Shown here: positions 35,963 through 46,678 of the stretch, piece after piece
Layout of the letters: each line of letters starts with the position of its first letter
Position numbering within the stretch: the first letter of the stretch is position 1
Source: an uncultured Gammaproteobacteria bacterium
GTDB lineage: Bacteria; Patescibacteriota; Patescibacteriia; 2-01-FULL-39-33
Length of the DNA stretch: 64,000 nt
Reading direction: 5' to 3'
NCBI GenBank assembly: GCA_964558935.1
Contig: CAZLFP010000001.1
Coordinates: forward strand, 83,260-147,259
Notes under the pieces: generated by a model
What the model saw: only the letters and a program-made list of their open reading frames with translations
What the model was told of the DNA's origin: nothing
The model's database searches: none
Program-made: the position numbers and the translations under genes

Positions 35963-36259
35963 CTAATGATTATTTTTTTTAATATCTTGCTGTTCAAAAT
36001 AAATATATTTAATCCAAATTTTCTTGAAATAGCCAATAGTTAATGTGGATAGAATGAAACCAACTGTCGGTATTAGAGCGTTAATCAGGGGTCTGGGTAA
36101 TTGACCCACAACAAAAAAAAGTAAAACCACCAAATAAGTCAAAACAGCAGTCATAATTCTGCGAAACCAACTGTTATTCCAAGCATAGTTTAAATCATTG
36201 GACTTACATTTGAATTCCAATTTAGCCAACTGATCTTCAATTTGGTTGTGCTTGCTCAT
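35963..36259 (-). CDS. Small membrane protein, hypothetical
   Basis: 98 aa with two TM segments. Confidence 0.45.
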   Translation of the reverse strand: MSKHNQIEDQLAKLEFKCKSNDLNYAWNNSWFRRIMTAVLTYLVVLLFFVVGQLPRPLINALIPTVGFILSTLTIGYFKKIWIKYIYFEQQDIKKNNH

Positions 36260-37344
36260 AAGATATGATGTTTAATCGCTGATCTAAGCTCTGTCATTAA
36301 GTTTAGATAAAAATGTAAATTATTTAAAGTGGCCAATCTTAAAGCCAAAGGTTCATGTGTTTTAAACAGGTGATGTAAATAAGCTTTGGAGTAATCCGCT
36401 AAAATGGCTGAATTAAGACTGGATGTGTCTAAAGCATACTTGGCATTATTAATGTTAATGGTAGTGTAGTTTAATTTACCTCGAGAAATCAGTTGCGCAT
36501 GAGTTTTAACATATAACCTGCCATGTCGAGCTTCTCTGGTGGGAATAACACAATCGAACATATCCACACCTTGCTTCACTGCTTGAAAAATATTATCCGG
36601 AGTGCCTACACCCATTAAATACCTGGGTTTACTTTTGGGCATCTCAGGCACTAAAGCTTTTAATACTCCATACATTTCAGCATGACTCTCACCAACTGCC
36701 AAGCCACCAATGGCATAACCATCAAAATTTAGTTTGACCAAATCAGCTAAACTGCGCTGTCTCAAATCCGGAAATAATCCACCTTGAACAATTCCAAATA
36801 AGAGCTGACCGGGCGTTTGGTGGTGTTTTTTAGCGATCTCAGCCCAACGACTGGTTATGGTCACTGCTTCTAAGACTTCCTGCCGCTCGGCTTGGGAACT
36901 GGGGCAAATATCCAATACCATGGCAATATCTGAACCAATTACAGCTTGTATATCCAAGACTTTTTTGGGTGTTAAAAGTCGCTGACTGCCATCGATATGG
37001 GATTGAAATTCAATCCCTTGAGGTAGAATCTTTCTGATTTTAGCTAGTGAAAAAACTTGGAAACCGCCACTGTCTGTTAAAATGGGTCTGTTCCAATCCA
37101 TAAATCGATGCAAGCCAGCTTGTTTTTTAAGAACTTTCAAACCAGGTTGAAGAAACAAGTGGTAAGTATTAGACAAGATGATTTGAGCCTGTAAAGCCAC
37201 TAAATCTTTACTGGTTAAACTTTTAACCGCAGCTTTGGTCGCAATTGGCATGAAACAAGGAGTTGCTATTTGACCGTGACGGGTTTTCAAACTACCTAAT
37301 CTGGCTTGAGAAATTTGAGATTGCTTGATTAGTCTAAAGGACAT
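36256..37344 (-). CDS. tgt: Queuine tRNA-ribosyltransferase (tRNA-guanine transglycosylase)
   Basis: 362 aa with conserved Tgt blocks (GQIATPCFMP, DSGGFQ, LMGVGTP). Confidence 0.85.
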   Translation of the reverse strand: MSFRLIKQSQISQARLGSLKTRHGQIATPCFMPIATKAAVKSLTSKDLVALQAQIILSNTYHLFLQPGLKVLKKQAGLHRFMDWNRPILTDSGGFQVFSLAKIRKILPQGIEFQSHIDGSQRLLTPKKVLDIQAVIGSDIAMVLDICPSSQAERQEVLEAVTITSRWAEIAKKHHQTPGQLLFGIVQGGLFPDLRQRSLADLVKLNFDGYAIGGLAVGESHAEMYGVLKALVPEMPKSKPRYLMGVGTPDNIFQAVKQGVDMFDCVIPTREARHGRLYVKTHAQLISRGKLNYTTININNAKYALDTSSLNSAILADYSKAYLHHLFKTHEPLALRLATLNNLHFYLNLMTELRSAIKHHIL

Positions 37345-37345
37345 G

Positions 37346-39358
37346 TTATTCTACTATACCGCTAGTTTCACCTAAAATGGGATCATCTAATTCCGTGGTA
37401 ATGGCTTTTAATTTCTGGCTAATGTCTGCGCCCGTGTTCTTATCTTTACCAATTAAAGTTAACTCTGAAACTAACAGTAAAACTTTGCCGGCATCTTCCA
37501 AAGTCGGAGTTAAACTCACATTAAAACTGGCTTCAGTTTGACCTGCACTCTTAGACAAATTGGCGATTTGCCAAATAACTTTATTATTACTCTGGTCATA
37601 GATTAAATCTCCACTGATATGATTGGCCTTATCTGCCCAACTGACTTTGCCTTTGGGTAAAGTTGCTGTGACTTTAACATTTTCTATATCATGCAAATTA
37701 TTTGTGATTTCAAGCAAGATATTGTATTCAGATTCTTCATCAACATGTGGTATATACTGGCCCGCACCCAAAGCGATGTTGTCCGAATCATAGTACCTGG
37801 CTAAACCGATGAGGCTCAGATCTGAATTGATGGAATTGGTAATGGGTTGTGTTTTAACGGTGATAACTTGGTCAGAATCTACAACTTTGAAGTCAGCTTG
37901 GATGGTATTTTCAACACTGAACTTGGCAATTTGTTCGTCACTCACGACTGAAGCATCTTTAACCCTGATTTTCCAGGAAATCTCACCTTCTTCACCCGGT
38001 TTTAACTTCAAGAGCTGAGATACATCTTTACCATCCCAGATTATTTGGTTATTGGCAAATTGCCCCTTATTTTCGTCTTCCAAGGTCGACCAATTTAGAA
38101 TTTCAGAATCTAAATTGGCAGTCAGAGTAATATCCTCCAATTCTTCTTGACCGGCATTGGCGTATGTTAAAGTGTAAACGAGTAAATCTTCAAAACCAAT
38201 TGGCTGATCTTCTGATGAACCATTGATGATCAATTGCAGGTTGAGCTGATCTTTTATCACTCTGGTGACAATCGAATCCTCGGCTTGAGGATAATAATCA
38301 CTGCCCTGCTGCAACTGGATTCGAGCCTTAAACTCTTGATTCTGAGCTTTGACAGTGGCTGCATAATTGCCGGTGATCTTAATTTCTTGTCTGGTCTCAG
38401 GCTCCAACTTGACGATTTCCCAAGTGTCATTGGTATCCGATTCAGATTCAGGCTCAGCGCTTTCTAAAACAAAGCCTTGTGGATATTCCACCACTAACTG
38501 CAAATTGGAAATCGTTTCATCTCCGACATTTAAATAGCTCAGTGTGTATTCGGCTGTTTGATCAGCTAAAATACGGTCTGGACCCTCAATATCCAAATCT
38601 ATCAATGAAGAACCAATCATTACGTCCACAATAGCTTCCTGTTTAAAAGTGGCATTTAAATTTTCCGGCTTAAAGTTCAAAGCAGCGTTAAAAGATTTGA
38701 CTGAATTGATGGAACCGACAATACTGCCCTTGAAAGTGATTTTTTTGGTTTCTCCGGTGCGTAACAAGCTAAATTTCCAAGTATTGCTGTTTTCACCAGC
38801 TGCTTTGGGAGAAGTATCTGTTAAGACAAAATTATCTGGATAAAAAACCTGCAATTCGGCATTGTAAAGATTGACCTGTTCTTGGTTGTTAATAATGATC
38901 GTGTATTCAGCTTCTTCTCCAGACGTCAGAGTCAGAGGAGGATCTATTTTTAAACTAATTTGTTCATTGGTAAATTTGTCGCTTTCGACTAGATTGGTAA
39001 AAACCACGAAACCGGCAATTGAAACAGCTAGTAGGACAGCCAAGAGTCCGATTAAAGTGTAGATGATTATAAACCAAATGGGCTTTTTACCGGTATCTAA
39101 CGTGGTCATATCTGGAATATGACCGTCTCTATCTGCGTAAACTTCAGCCAAGTCTCTTTGAATTTCTTTTTCCTGATTAGTTTCGTCATCTACCTGTACA
39201 TTCATAATTTGTTTACCTTTGGATTTGGCTTCAATAGAATCAATAATGCCGTCTTGCATGGTTTCCACATCTTGTTTAAACACTGACTTAGTCTTAACTG
39301 ATTCGTCTATTCTTTTAGATTTAAACTTACCGGTCACTGAGTTGTCTTTTTTAGGCAT
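37346..39358 (-). CDS. Large membrane-anchored extracellular repeat protein, hypothetical
   Basis: 670 aa with a TM anchor around residues 95-117 and repetitive beta-rich domains. Confidence 0.5.
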   Translation of the reverse strand: MPKKDNSVTGKFKSKRIDESVKTKSVFKQDVETMQDGIIDSIEAKSKGKQIMNVQVDDETNQEKEIQRDLAEVYADRDGHIPDMTTLDTGKKPIWFIIIYTLIGLLAVLLAVSIAGFVVFTNLVESDKFTNEQISLKIDPPLTLTSGEEAEYTIIINNQEQVNLYNAELQVFYPDNFVLTDTSPKAAGENSNTWKFSLLRTGETKKITFKGSIVGSINSVKSFNAALNFKPENLNATFKQEAIVDVMIGSSLIDLDIEGPDRILADQTAEYTLSYLNVGDETISNLQLVVEYPQGFVLESAEPESESDTNDTWEIVKLEPETRQEIKITGNYAATVKAQNQEFKARIQLQQGSDYYPQAEDSIVTRVIKDQLNLQLIINGSSEDQPIGFEDLLVYTLTYANAGQEELEDITLTANLDSEILNWSTLEDENKGQFANNQIIWDGKDVSQLLKLKPGEEGEISWKIRVKDASVVSDEQIAKFSVENTIQADFKVVDSDQVITVKTQPITNSINSDLSLIGLARYYDSDNIALGAGQYIPHVDEESEYNILLEITNNLHDIENVKVTATLPKGKVSWADKANHISGDLIYDQSNNKVIWQIANLSKSAGQTEASFNVSLTPTLEDAGKVLLLVSELTLIGKDKNTGADISQKLKAITTELDDPILGETSGIVE

Positions 39359-39369
39359 AGCTAAAGCAA

Positions 39370-42306
39370 TTAATTCTTAAAACCAACCAGATAGAAAACA
39401 TCCTGATCGAGCCGTCCACTAAATGTTACCTGGTTTGGGTTAGTTTCTAAAGTTTGAGGAAAATTAATTTGGTTGTCCCAATCAGCAGGATAAATAACTT
39501 GACTCACAAAATTATCCGGTTGACTGCCTGGCTGCTTTTGAACCGCCAAACTGTAGGAGCCATAGGCTTGAGCCGGAGACATGGCTGTGGATAATTTATC
39601 TAACCAATTTTGGTTGTCGGGTATCTCGGGTTTTGTCAGCTTAATCTGAAAAGGCAATTTATAAATGAGCAATATTTCTTGAGCTTCACCCGGCAGAATT
39701 GTCAACCAATTGGCAAAAACTGTTTTATTATTTTCTTGGTAAATTAAGGTCTCTGAATCAGCATCCATTCTAGCTTGGTACTCTGAACGCAGTAATTCGT
39801 CTAATTCATACTGGTAGCCTTCCAGTAACGCTTTGTATTCGGTTGGTTGGGGTTGGTTAAAGCCCACCGCTTTTATCAGTTGACTGCCGGCTGGCACATA
39901 GATTCTCAAATAACTGCGGTTGGGATGTGTGGTAAAATGTTCATCGGTCGGTCCGTAATGATATCTTTTAATAATTACCTGGTTTATGACCGATCCATCC
40001 GCTTGGATATTGGCCTGATGCTGGATATCTTGCTTAATGACATTATCTGTTTTACCGCCTCCGACATTTGTCGCCACCACTGATAAATAATCTTTGCTGG
40101 CATTTTTTATCTGACCGCCCCAATTATTATCTACAATGAACTTTTGCTGATCTTGGTCAGTGGCATAAATCAAAATATCTTTGGCAGATAAACCAGTGGT
40201 TATGGATTGGGTTAAATCCATAAAACGAGCCGCATCAAGAGAGAAAATTTTGTCTAACAGTTTAGGTGCCAGATCAGATAATATTTTCTTGGGTTTGGTT
40301 TTGTCTTCAGCTTCCAGTTCAATGCTTTCTTGCAACAGCTGTTCAAAATTGGCTTGAGATATTGTTTTACCCTGCTCAGGCACATTAATTGGTCCGGTCA
40401 CGGCCAAAAGTTCACCCAACCAGTCGGAATTAATAGCAATAACACCATCTACACTCGGACCGCCACTTTCCGTGTAAAACCAAGCGATTTTTTGAGCTGA
40501 AGTTGGCCAATCCGGCCACCAGTTAGCGTCTTGAAACTCCCACCGCGCATTAATGACCTGTAATGGTTTGGGCGGCAGTAAAATTTGACTCAAACCGGCT
40601 CTAACATCATAAGTACCGCCTTGCGGTAATTCAATATTGGCTATTTCACCAGATTTAATATCCACCAAAGCATAACTACCCATAAAGCCACCGGTTGCCC
40701 TGAGTTCATTGTCATTTTGAAAAACAATTAAATATCTTCTTAAATCATTATCTCCTAAAAAATCCAGAGCAAAATTGAGAGTGGCTTTCAGTTGTCGTGA
40801 ACCATCTATTAACAACGGTATTTTTTCCTGCAACACCGCAAACTCAGCCTGATTCTGCTCAGGCAAATGTTTAATGTTAATCTGATCTAAGTTAGCTTGA
40901 GCGAGTTTGGTTTCAATTAGAGCTTTATCCACTAAAGATTGGAAAGCTTTAATCTTTGCGGTTAAAGATAGATTGGATTCGGTTTGCAAATCATTAATGC
41001 CCGTTATTAAATATTGACCTGCCAAAGTGAGATGTTCTCCGGCCTCCAAAATATTCTTACCACTCTTGTAAGTATTGTCTATCGGTATACTTTCAGCTAA
41101 AACAGTGATGATGGATTTAATTTCAGTCAACTGATGGCTGGCCGAATTAAAATTGTCATTGGCTTGAGCAATGTAAGATTGAGCAGACTGGAAGTCTAAA
41201 TCAGACAGATTATTTTGTGCAAATTTGAGTTGGTTAATGGCTTGTTCCGTTTGACCTAAAACCTGTCCTCGAACTGCTTGAATATTCTGCCAATAGCTAA
41301 TCGCTTTCACTCCGAGCATGAAAAATAAGGCGATACAGGTAACGACAATAATCGGGGTATATTTTACTCCTTTGATATCCAGAGTAACTTTAGGTATGAT
41401 AATCTGCGGTAATTGAAAATCAGGTAAGTTTAAATGAATATCTGGTATTAATTTATCCAATTTAAACTGCTTGGCTTCAGCCGCTTTAATTTGTTTGAAC
41501 AGTGGACTGGGTTTGGGTTGAGCAGAGCTAACCGGTTTAACACTGAACTCCACCACTCTATCTGGAGCCAGTTTGTCTTGCAATTGCTCAGACCACTGCA
41601 AGACAGTCCAATACACCGGCATGAATGCTTTTTGAATTAGTGATCCAAGGTATATGATCAGGCTGATGTAAGAGATATCTTGCCACACAGTCGGTTTTTC
41701 TGAAAATATTTTTGTTTTTTTAATAGCCGGCAATTTAGGCGTTAAATCCACTGTACTGAAAGATTTCTTAAGACTGGAGTCAGTTTTGTCCAAACTGGAT
41801 TTTAACCATTTCAAGATTTGGCTATGTTTCAGATCCATTAGCTCCAATAAATACATTTTTTCCAAGATATCTCCAGCCGGTAAATCGGCATAGGTAACTG
41901 TCTTTTTGTCGGCCGGTTTGACTTTTTCAATAAATCTGAGCTGAGATAGATCCAGTAAATGAGGTGAGCGGTAAACATCCAACGGATCATCGGTTACATT
42001 GATCTGAAGTTGCTTGGTTTGAGCCGTTAAATCGACTAAATTCACTTCTGTTTCAGTTTCAGGATTAAATAAAATTAAATCTGACTCTGGATCGCAGATT
42101 TGTTTCACTTTAAATAAAGGATTAATTACAGATTTTTTACGACTGACTGTCTTGGGTTTGACTTGGGGCTTACCAGACACTTTACGACGAGTAACTTTTT
42201 TGGTTACTTTTTTGCGAGCAACCACCCTTTTCCGAGTTGCCTTGCGCGTCGGTTTTTTGTTAGTTACCTTTTTCCGAGTAGTTTTTTTTAACGATTTTTT
42301 TGCCAC
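39370..42306 (-). CDS. Giant membrane protein with a highly basic N-terminal tail (K/R/T repeats), hypothetical
   Basis: 978 aa with the N-terminus MAKKSLKKTTRKKVTNKKPTRKATRKR and TM segments. Confidence 0.5.
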   Translation of the reverse strand: MAKKSLKKTTRKKVTNKKPTRKATRKRVVARKKVTKKVTRRKVSGKPQVKPKTVSRKKSVINPLFKVKQICDPESDLILFNPETETEVNLVDLTAQTKQLQINVTDDPLDVYRSPHLLDLSQLRFIEKVKPADKKTVTYADLPAGDILEKMYLLELMDLKHSQILKWLKSSLDKTDSSLKKSFSTVDLTPKLPAIKKTKIFSEKPTVWQDISYISLIIYLGSLIQKAFMPVYWTVLQWSEQLQDKLAPDRVVEFSVKPVSSAQPKPSPLFKQIKAAEAKQFKLDKLIPDIHLNLPDFQLPQIIIPKVTLDIKGVKYTPIIVVTCIALFFMLGVKAISYWQNIQAVRGQVLGQTEQAINQLKFAQNNLSDLDFQSAQSYIAQANDNFNSASHQLTEIKSIITVLAESIPIDNTYKSGKNILEAGEHLTLAGQYLITGINDLQTESNLSLTAKIKAFQSLVDKALIETKLAQANLDQINIKHLPEQNQAEFAVLQEKIPLLIDGSRQLKATLNFALDFLGDNDLRRYLIVFQNDNELRATGGFMGSYALVDIKSGEIANIELPQGGTYDVRAGLSQILLPPKPLQVINARWEFQDANWWPDWPTSAQKIAWFYTESGGPSVDGVIAINSDWLGELLAVTGPINVPEQGKTISQANFEQLLQESIELEAEDKTKPKKILSDLAPKLLDKIFSLDAARFMDLTQSITTGLSAKDILIYATDQDQQKFIVDNNWGGQIKNASKDYLSVVATNVGGGKTDNVIKQDIQHQANIQADGSVINQVIIKRYHYGPTDEHFTTHPNRSYLRIYVPAGSQLIKAVGFNQPQPTEYKALLEGYQYELDELLRSEYQARMDADSETLIYQENNKTVFANWLTILPGEAQEILLIYKLPFQIKLTKPEIPDNQNWLDKLSTAMSPAQAYGSYSLAVQKQPGSQPDNFVSQVIYPADWDNQINFPQTLETNPNQVTFSGRLDQDVFYLVGFKN

Positions 42307-42563
42307 CTACTAAGCTGTTAGTAAATCTTATTTTCCAATCCATGGATTCCTCGCTTTTTTTTGAGGAAGATTAATGTAAATTTGAATTAATTATAACATA
42401 AATTTGGCTTTTGAAACAAGCTTGAATCTTTGGGGATAAGTAAAGAGCGTAGCAGCTATTGCTTTGACTGCCACGCCTGGTTAGTTAAACTGCTGGAAAT
42501 CGGTCCAATGCAAAATCCGGAATTAAATGCACATATCTCCCCTGTATATGAAGTATCAACTAA

Positions 42564-43682
42564 TTAGATCGAATTATACAGTTTATGAATCTGAGTAGCC
42601 ATATTTCGCCAGGAAAAACGCTGTAAATTTGACTTGGCATGAGTTCTGAGTGTCTGTTGTAAGGCATAATCATCAAAAGTCTCAGTTATTTTGGCTACCA
42701 TCTCATCTACATTGGTGGGATCAAAGTAGATTGCGCTTTCCCCTAAAATCTCAGGCAAACAAGAAGCATTGGAACTAATAACCGGCACGCCATAAGTCTG
42801 AGCTTCAAGGGGTGGTAAGCCAAAACCTTCCAATAGGCTGGGGAAGACATAGATGGCGGCGTTTTGGTACAGACATGCTAATTTTTCATCGGGCAAATAA
42901 TCGGTTAAAACCACAGCCTTTTCTAAACCCAACTCTTGGATTTGCTGCTGCAATCGCTGGTAAAAAAAGTTAATTTTACCCACTAAAACTAATTGCAAGA
43001 GTAGGTTTGTACGCTGTATTCTGGCAAAAGCTTGAAGTAAACGCTCTAAATTCTTATGAGGATAAGCTGAACCCACATACAGCAAGTAATTCCCTTTGAG
43101 TCTAAACTGATTTAAAACAGCCTGGCATTCAGCCTGACCGGGTTGAGGCAAATCTACACCTTCATAAATAACATGGATTTTGGCGGGATTAATTCTGAGA
43201 GTGCCTGCAATATCCTGTTGAGTATATTTGGAGACGGCGATGATCGAATGAGCGCGTAAAGCAGCTATTTTAACAGTTAACCGGTATAAAAAGAGTTTAA
43301 TTTGGTACCAAAAAGGATTTAAGGTGGTGGCACGACTAGTTGGATAATGAGTGATTATCAAATCATGAATTGTGACCAAATATTTGCCAAAATATCCAAT
43401 CGGTACGTTAAAATGCGGAAAATGGACTAAATCCAACCGATATTGTTTCAATATACCGGGTAATTTGAACTGTTCCGACCAACTATACACTTGGCAATCA
43501 GCCAAAATTTTCTTAAAATTGGAATTTTTTGGTTGATATGCTTCATAATTATCTGCATTTAAAAAAATATAATACTGATTGGAACTATCTATTAATTCCA
43601 ATTCATGGATTAAATGCTGAATGTATCTGCCGATACCACCATGCTGGGTACCATATAATCTGGCATCAAGACCAATTTTCAT
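42564..43682 (-). CDS. Glycosyltransferase family 1 (GT4)
   Basis: EGFGLPPLEA motif. Confidence 0.75.
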   Translation of the reverse strand: MKIGLDARLYGTQHGGIGRYIQHLIHELELIDSSNQYYIFLNADNYEAYQPKNSNFKKILADCQVYSWSEQFKLPGILKQYRLDLVHFPHFNVPIGYFGKYLVTIHDLIITHYPTSRATTLNPFWYQIKLFLYRLTVKIAALRAHSIIAVSKYTQQDIAGTLRINPAKIHVIYEGVDLPQPGQAECQAVLNQFRLKGNYLLYVGSAYPHKNLERLLQAFARIQRTNLLLQLVLVGKINFFYQRLQQQIQELGLEKAVVLTDYLPDEKLACLYQNAAIYVFPSLLEGFGLPPLEAQTYGVPVISSNASCLPEILGESAIYFDPTNVDEMVAKITETFDDYALQQTLRTHAKSNLQRFSWRNMATQIHKLYNSI

Positions 43683-43795
43683 ACCTTAATTATACCAAAT
43701 AATAGTCTAACACATATATTGACATAATAGGTCATATGTGATACAATATATTTCGTATTCCCAGAATAGTTTGGGGATAAACTGGAGGAATTGAG

Positions 43796-44392
43796 ATGCG
43801 AATATTGTTGTGTTGTGCAGTCATGCTGGTGTGTTTTAAGGCGTCAGCCACGATCGTGGCGGTTAGAAATCTGGTCGAGCTGGATAACCTTCAGCTCCTC
43901 GAAGATCAGAATTTGACCTCGCAGATTTTTGAGACCAGCCTGGGACTGGTGGAGACCAAAGGTCGTCACGACGACTACGGCGTCTCAGAAGAGTACATCT
44001 GTACTCCCAAGGGCAAATGGCTGATCGGTTTACCCATGGCCATGGCTGAATATGGTCAGGATTTTATTCATGATGTCACCATTATTGGTGAAGAGCTGTA
44101 CCTCATTGGGCTTCACTCCATTTGGAAGTATAATTCCAAATATGACAATTTTAGAGTGGTCATTGGTCCGGGAGAGCGTTGCCAATTCTGGCCGGATCTG
44201 CTGATCGGACCAGCCATCAGCAGTAGTAAGGATAAGTTCTTCATCTTCAGCAATGAAGAACTGCCCGAACTCATGGGAATCATTGAGTTTATACCCGACA
44301 AGTACGGGTGGGTACCCAGCTGTTCGGAAGATCCGGAATTCTATGCCGAGGTCTTGCAGGAATGGCTGGTACACTGGATACCTGCCAGCTGA
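43796..44392 (+). CDS. Secreted hypothetical protein; GC-rich outlier gene (about 50% GC)
   Basis: Signal peptide MRILLCCAVMLVCFKASA. Codon composition is unlike the neighbours. A terminator follows. Confidence 0.5.
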   Translation: MRILLCCAVMLVCFKASATIVAVRNLVELDNLQLLEDQNLTSQIFETSLGLVETKGRHDDYGVSEEYICTPKGKWLIGLPMAMAEYGQDFIHDVTIIGEELYLIGLHSIWKYNSKYDNFRVVIGPGERCQFWPDLLIGPAISSSKDKFFIFSNEELPELMGIIEFIPDKYGWVPSCSEDPEFYAEVLQEWLVHWIPAS

Positions 44393-44399
44393 TTACACT

Positions 44400-44438
44400 A
44401 CCCGCTTTATCACGGAAGATAAGGCGGGTTTTCATTTA
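44400..44438 (+). terminator. Rho-independent terminator (acccgcttta...taaggcgggt followed by a T-run)
   Basis: 10-bp stem including one G-U pair, followed by tttcattta. Confidence 0.55.
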
Positions 44439-45530
44439 TGATAATAACTTTAACAAAGAGTGAGCAGCTGCTTCCCAGGTAAATTTATTAGCTTGTTCTT
44501 TACCCTGATCGATCAGATGCTGTTTAAGTGATTCATTCGATAAAACCGAGGTAATAGCTTGCTTTAGATCATTGATGTTATATGGATCAATTAAAATACC
44601 GGCGTTATCCACAACTTCCAACAATGAAGAATTGGCTCCAGCTATCACTGGTGTGCCACACGCCATGGCTTCTAAGGGTGGTAAACCAAAGCCCTCATAA
44701 TATGAAGGATAGACAAATATGTCTGCCAGGTTGTAAAGAGCGGCCTTATCTTCTTCTGGAACGTAACCTAAGAAACGTATCCGTTTATGATCTTTAACCA
44801 ACTTATGGAGGCATCCATTTTTCCAGCCAATGCCACCGCCAATCACTAAAGAATGCTCTAAATTTAATTGCTGGTAAGCTTGAATCATACTCACCACATT
44901 CTTTCTCGGTTCTAAATTACCCAGGTAGAGAATAAACCTGTCTGGTAACTGGTATTTATTCTTGACAAATTGAAGGTTGTCTAAAGGTTTGAAGGCCTGA
45001 CTAACTCCCGGATAAATGACATGTATTTTTGACTCGCTCAGAGATAATAGGTCCACTAAATTCTGTTTGGTATGCAGAGAATCGGCAATAATAACATCCG
45101 CTTGTTTTAAATAATTTTTAACCAATATAAGCTTGTGCCATAATCTCATTTTCCAAGAAAAAAATTCCGGATAGATAAGAAAAGACAAATCATGGACCAC
45201 CATGATTTTTCTAACTGTGTCAGATAAAGCAATGAAATGTAAATTGGGTGTAAAAAATACCTCACAACCTCCGATCAAATTATCCAGTTTGGGATAATCA
45301 ACAAGATTAATCGCCAGATTTAATACTTTATTCGGAAAATGAAAACCGATATATTCAACATTGGGATAATTGAATTCAGGTAAGGAAACTTTTTTCGAAG
45401 AATTGTAAAAGAGTCGGTATTGATTCTTTCTGTCCAATTCAAAAATAGCTCTTAATAAGTTAAGAGTATAGATACTAACACCTGAATATTGGTTGTTCAT
45501 TAAGCATCTAGCGTCTATTCCGATTCTCAT
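44436..45530 (-). CDS. Glycosyltransferase family 1 (GT4)
   Basis: EGFGLPPLEAMACG. Confidence 0.75.
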   Translation of the reverse strand: MRIGIDARCLMNNQYSGVSIYTLNLLRAIFELDRKNQYRLFYNSSKKVSLPEFNYPNVEYIGFHFPNKVLNLAINLVDYPKLDNLIGGCEVFFTPNLHFIALSDTVRKIMVVHDLSFLIYPEFFSWKMRLWHKLILVKNYLKQADVIIADSLHTKQNLVDLLSLSESKIHVIYPGVSQAFKPLDNLQFVKNKYQLPDRFILYLGNLEPRKNVVSMIQAYQQLNLEHSLVIGGGIGWKNGCLHKLVKDHKRIRFLGYVPEEDKAALYNLADIFVYPSYYEGFGLPPLEAMACGTPVIAGANSSLLEVVDNAGILIDPYNINDLKQAITSVLSNESLKQHLIDQGKEQANKFTWEAAAHSLLKLLS

Positions 45531-46642
45531 AATTGTATGTTGGTCTGAACCGCTTGGTAGTTGTCTATTAATCTTTTGATCTTTGATTTAAAATTGGCTG
45601 TATTAAACTGTTCTGCATGCATTTTAATGTAATATGGATTGTAGTTATCTGGATGAAAACGAATCACCATATCTGCAATCTCTTCCCAGATCTGTTCGTC
45701 AAAAAACTCACCTGTTTTACCGGCAATTACTGTTTCACTGGCGCCTCCGGATCGGTAGGCAATAACCGGCCTACCAGAGGCCATGGCTTCAACGGCTGTA
45801 ATTCCAAAGTCTTCTTCCTGCGGATTGAGATAAGCGATACAATTGGCGTAAAGTTTGACTTTTTCATCATCACTGATTTTGCCTAAAAATTGAATATTCT
45901 CCCTACCTCGAGCCAATTGTTTCAAATGCTGCTCCTCTGGTCCAATGCCAAATATTTTAAGAGGCACACCCAATCTGACAAATGCTTGTACAACCAAATC
46001 CAATCTTTTGTAAGGCACTAATCTGGAACCAGCTAAATAATATGTTTTAGGTTCGTGTGAGATGTAAAATTTATCCGTTTCCACTGGTGGATAGATAACA
46101 CTGCTCTCGCGACTGTAATATTTCTTAATTCTTTGTTTTACGGTTTGTGAAATAGCCACATATTCATCTACCCTGCCTGCGGCTAATTGATCCCAGGTTC
46201 TTAATTTCCTTAAAGTCATGGGTAGAATGGATTTGATAATAGAGTTAACTTTCAGTTCACGAATATATGAATGAGTGTCAGTCCACAAGTATCTGGTCGG
46301 CGTGTAACAATAGCAGATATGCAAACTACCGGGCTTGGTAATTACACCCTTAGCAAAAGAAGAAGCGCTGGATAGAATAATGTCATAGTCCATTAAGTTG
46401 TAATTCTCGATAGCAGTTGGCATAAATGAAAGCCACCATTGATATTTCTTAACACCAAAATACGGTATTTTTTGTATAAAGGAAGTTCGGATATCTTGAC
46501 CAATAAAAAAAGGATTAGTATTTGACGCATCAAAGACTAAAGTAAAAATGGGAGCCTCCGGATAGAGTTGTTTGAATACCTTCAAAACCTTTTCCGCTCC
46601 CCCATCTTGTGCCAAATGATCATGGACTAAGGCAATTTTCAT
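45527..46642 (-). CDS. Glycosyltransferase family 1 (GT4)
   Basis: DFGITAVEAMASGRPVIA. Confidence 0.7.
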   Translation of the reverse strand: MKIALVHDHLAQDGGAEKVLKVFKQLYPEAPIFTLVFDASNTNPFFIGQDIRTSFIQKIPYFGVKKYQWWLSFMPTAIENYNLMDYDIILSSASSFAKGVITKPGSLHICYCYTPTRYLWTDTHSYIRELKVNSIIKSILPMTLRKLRTWDQLAAGRVDEYVAISQTVKQRIKKYYSRESSVIYPPVETDKFYISHEPKTYYLAGSRLVPYKRLDLVVQAFVRLGVPLKIFGIGPEEQHLKQLARGRENIQFLGKISDDEKVKLYANCIAYLNPQEEDFGITAVEAMASGRPVIAYRSGGASETVIAGKTGEFFDEQIWEEIADMVIRFHPDNYNPYYIKMHAEQFNTANFKSKIKRLIDNYQAVQTNIQL

Positions 46643-46678
46643 GATCTTATCTTAGTCAATTTGGCTTTATTTGGCAAA

